64,000 nucleotides of DNA from Gammaproteobacteria bacterium (GTDB lineage: Bacteria; Pseudomonadota; Gammaproteobacteria; Eutrophobiales; Eutrophobiaceae): contig OZ244905.1 of the NCBI GenBank assembly GCA_965221695.1, positions 1,504,001 through 1,568,000 of the forward strand. The letters are read 5' to 3'. The position numbers and the translations under genes were made by a program. Of this stretch, positions 61,840 to 64,000 are shown piece by piece; the stretch's first letter is position 1; every line of letters starts with the position of its first letter. A model generated the notes under the pieces. That model did no database searches, had not been told where the DNA came from, and saw only the letters and a program-made list of their open reading frames with translations.

Positions 61840-63338
61840 CCGGCGCGCTCCAGGATCATACGAACCTGTTGCCGGTCGCTGAAGGGATAACGTTTCCCGG
61901 CAACTTCCTGAATGGTTTCGTGTCCTTTGCCGGCAATCAGCGCTATATCGTCGGGCCCCGCCTTTTCCAGCGCGATTTCGATGGCCCGGGAGCGATTCCG
62001 CTCGATAGTAACGGCGTCGGCGCGAGACATGCCGGAAAGAATGGCTGCGATGATGTCAGCGCCAGCTTCACTCCTCGGATTGTCATCAGTCAAAATCACC
62101 TCCGTAGCTAGCCTTTGCGCCACCTCTCCCATTAACGGCCGCTTTTCCACATCGCGCTCGCCGCCACAACCGAAAACGCAAATCAGCCGCCCTTCGCAGC
62201 GCTCTCGCAGACTCGCTAAAGCCTGCTCAAGGGCTGCGGGAGTGTGCGCATAATCCACTACCACGCGCGCGCCGTCCGTCCGCGCAAAACTTTCCATGCG
62301 GCCCGGAACCGGACCGATCGCTTCCAACTTTTCCAAGACACTGTCCAAGGAGAAGCCCGCCAGGCACAGCGTCGCAACCACGGCCAGTATATTGCCTGCG
62401 TTGAATTTCCCCGTCACCCCGGGCCGCGTGCGACCGTTTCCCCAAGGACTGGCAATATCCAGCACAAGTTCGAAGCCGGGCGCCAAGGTGGCGCTGACCA
62501 ACGGAGGGCGCGCCCCGCCCGACAAGCCATAGCTGATCGCTTCCACCCCGGTCGGGAGCTGTTGCAGCAGCGCCCGCCCGCAAGCGTCGTCGCTGTTCAC
62601 CACCGCTGCGTCCAGAGTTTCAAACGCAAACAGTTTTTTCTTGGCTCGGAAGTAATGGTCCATGTCCCGGTGATAATCCAGATGATCCCGGCTCAGGTTG
62701 GTGAACACCGCGGTATCGAACTCAACGCCAGTCACACGTCCCTGGTCCAAGGCATGGGATGACACTTCCATGAATGTCGCCTGCGCGCCGGCATCGAGAA
62801 AATCAGCGCACAGACGTTGCAGGCCGATGGCATCAGGTGTCGTATTGGAGCCGGATTGCAGACGCGGGAAACAACCGTAGCCGAGCGTGCCGACCAGCCC
62901 CGCCGGTTGCCCGGCAAGCTGCGAATGAACCTTTGCCAACCACCAGCTTACTGATGTTTTGCCATTGGTTCCGGTAACGCCGGTCACACGCATCTGTCTC
63001 GTGGGTTGGCGATAAAACCGGCTGGCGATCAATCCCAGTTTATCTCGTAACTTCGGCACCGGAATAACCGGGCTAAGACGCTGGTCCAGATCAGACAACA
63101 GCGCCGTATCCACAGCCGCCGCCACTGCTCCCGACATAAGCGCTTCCCGGATGAACAGGCTGCCCCGGGTCCTGGTCCCCCGACAGGCAAGAAACAGGTC
63201 GCCGGCGCGCACCGCGCGACTGTCGGAGCTGATCCCCTGCGCGTATATTTCGGGGGCGATCAGCGCATCGGTCATCCCTTCCAGCAAAGCCCGCACTGGA
63301 AGACCGGTTTGAGTATTGTTTTCCGCCAATATCATCAC
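61836..63338 (-). CDS. murE: UDP-MurNAc-dipeptide--meso-DAP ligase
   Basis: TGTNGKTS, EVSSH, DHLDYH, DYAHTP, DNPR (DAP-specific), AGKGHE. Confidence 0.98.
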   Translation of the reverse strand: MMILAENNTQTGLPVRALLEGMTDALIAPEIYAQGISSDSRAVRAGDLFLACRGTRTRGSLFIREALMSGAVAAAVDTALLSDLDQRLSPVIPVPKLRDKLGLIASRFYRQPTRQMRVTGVTGTNGKTSVSWWLAKVHSQLAGQPAGLVGTLGYGCFPRLQSGSNTTPDAIGLQRLCADFLDAGAQATFMEVSSHALDQGRVTGVEFDTAVFTNLSRDHLDYHRDMDHYFRAKKKLFAFETLDAAVVNSDDACGRALLQQLPTGVEAISYGLSGGARPPLVSATLAPGFELVLDIASPWGNGRTRPGVTGKFNAGNILAVVATLCLAGFSLDSVLEKLEAIGPVPGRMESFARTDGARVVVDYAHTPAALEQALASLRERCEGRLICVFGCGGERDVEKRPLMGEVAQRLATEVILTDDNPRSEAGADIIAAILSGMSRADAVTIERNRSRAIEIALEKAGPDDIALIAGKGHETIQEVAGKRYPFSDRQQVRMILERAG

Positions 63339-64000
63339 CTGGAGCTTTCAGCGAGCAACGCTCTTTGTTTCAATCCAATCAGGTTGTCGGGAGGGATATT
63401 CAGGATGCGCAACGCGCCGCGCATGACCGCGGCAAACACCGGCGCCGCCACCTGGCCACCGAAGTATTGTCCGGTCCTGGGATCATCCACCACCACAACC
63501 AGAACAAGACGCGGGTCAGTGGCCGGAGCAAAACCCGCGAACAGGGACACGTAACGATCCTCCTCATAACCGGAATCCGATGCCTTGTGCGCGGTGCCGG
63601 TTTTACCGGCGACATGATATCCCTCCACCGCCGCGCGCCAGCCGCTGCCGCCGCTCCTAACTACTGATCGCATAATATTATTCACCTCGAACGCGACCAT
63701 TTCCGGCATCACTCGCCGCGGTTTGCGCAGGGTATCGACTTTCTCGAAGCTGATTGGGTACAACAAGCCACCGGACGCAATCACAGAATAAGCCTGGGCC
63801 AACTGCAAGGTGGTTGTCGATATACCGTATCCGTATGAGACAGTGGCCAGGTCAATTCTGGACCAATCGGCAAAATCCGTGAGCGTCCCCGGCGCTTCCC
63901 CGGGATACCTGCTCATGGTGGGACTGCCAAAACCGATGCCATGGTGCAGCTTCCAGAGCGGTTCCGCCCCTAGCGACAAAGCAACCTTGGTGACGCCCAC
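63335..64000 (-). CDS. ftsI: Penicillin-binding protein 3, C-terminal part (truncated by window edge)
   Basis: SYGYG, AGKTGTA, FGGQVAAPVF; upstream of murE. Confidence 0.95.
   Translation of the reverse strand: MGVTKVALSLGAEPLWKLHHGIGFGSPTMSRYPGEAPGTLTDFADWSRIDLATVSYGYGISTTTLQLAQAYSVIASGGLLYPISFEKVDTLRKPRRVMPEMVAFEVNNIMRSVVRSGGSGWRAAVEGYHVAGKTGTAHKASDSGYEEDRYVSLFAGFAPATDPRLVLVVVVDDPRTGQYFGGQVAAPVFAAVMRGALRILNIPPDNLIGLKQRALLAESSR

Overview
64 kb from a gammaproteobacterial chromosome, judged from the dcw, secA, murA-hisGD, pilD-coaE-zapD and yajC-secDF synteny. There are three zones. (1) About 1-13.6 kb is an AT-richer accessory/defence region. It holds a DUF3526 permease end, a Fic protein and a duplicated tRNA-Leu-like 3' end (att-like scar). 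It also holds three decayed toxin-antitoxin modules (HigB/RelE, MqsR-like, AbiEi/AbiEii), a HEPN/Toprim-associated protein and a type I R-M operon (hsdR-hsdS-hsdM). Both internal junctions of that operon carry cargo. One is an inverted intact HigBA pair bracketed by a duplicated hsdR 3' end. The other is an orphan ORF with a HEPN-like RNKVASH motif sitting inside a split Schlafen/AlbA_2 gene. (2) About 13.6-21.5 kb is a C1/organosulfur block: methanethiol oxidase (mtoX) plus a fused SCO1-MauG-like maturase, transcribed divergently from a two-subunit NAD-linked formate dehydrogenase. (3) About 21.7-64 kb is housekeeping, with an MMPL/RND transporter standing where mlaFED usually precedes mlaC-ibaG-murA, and several families of short inverted-repeat elements. 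No CRISPR, rRNA, intact tRNA, integrase or transposase was seen. All protein calls come from motif recognition by eye, not database searches.
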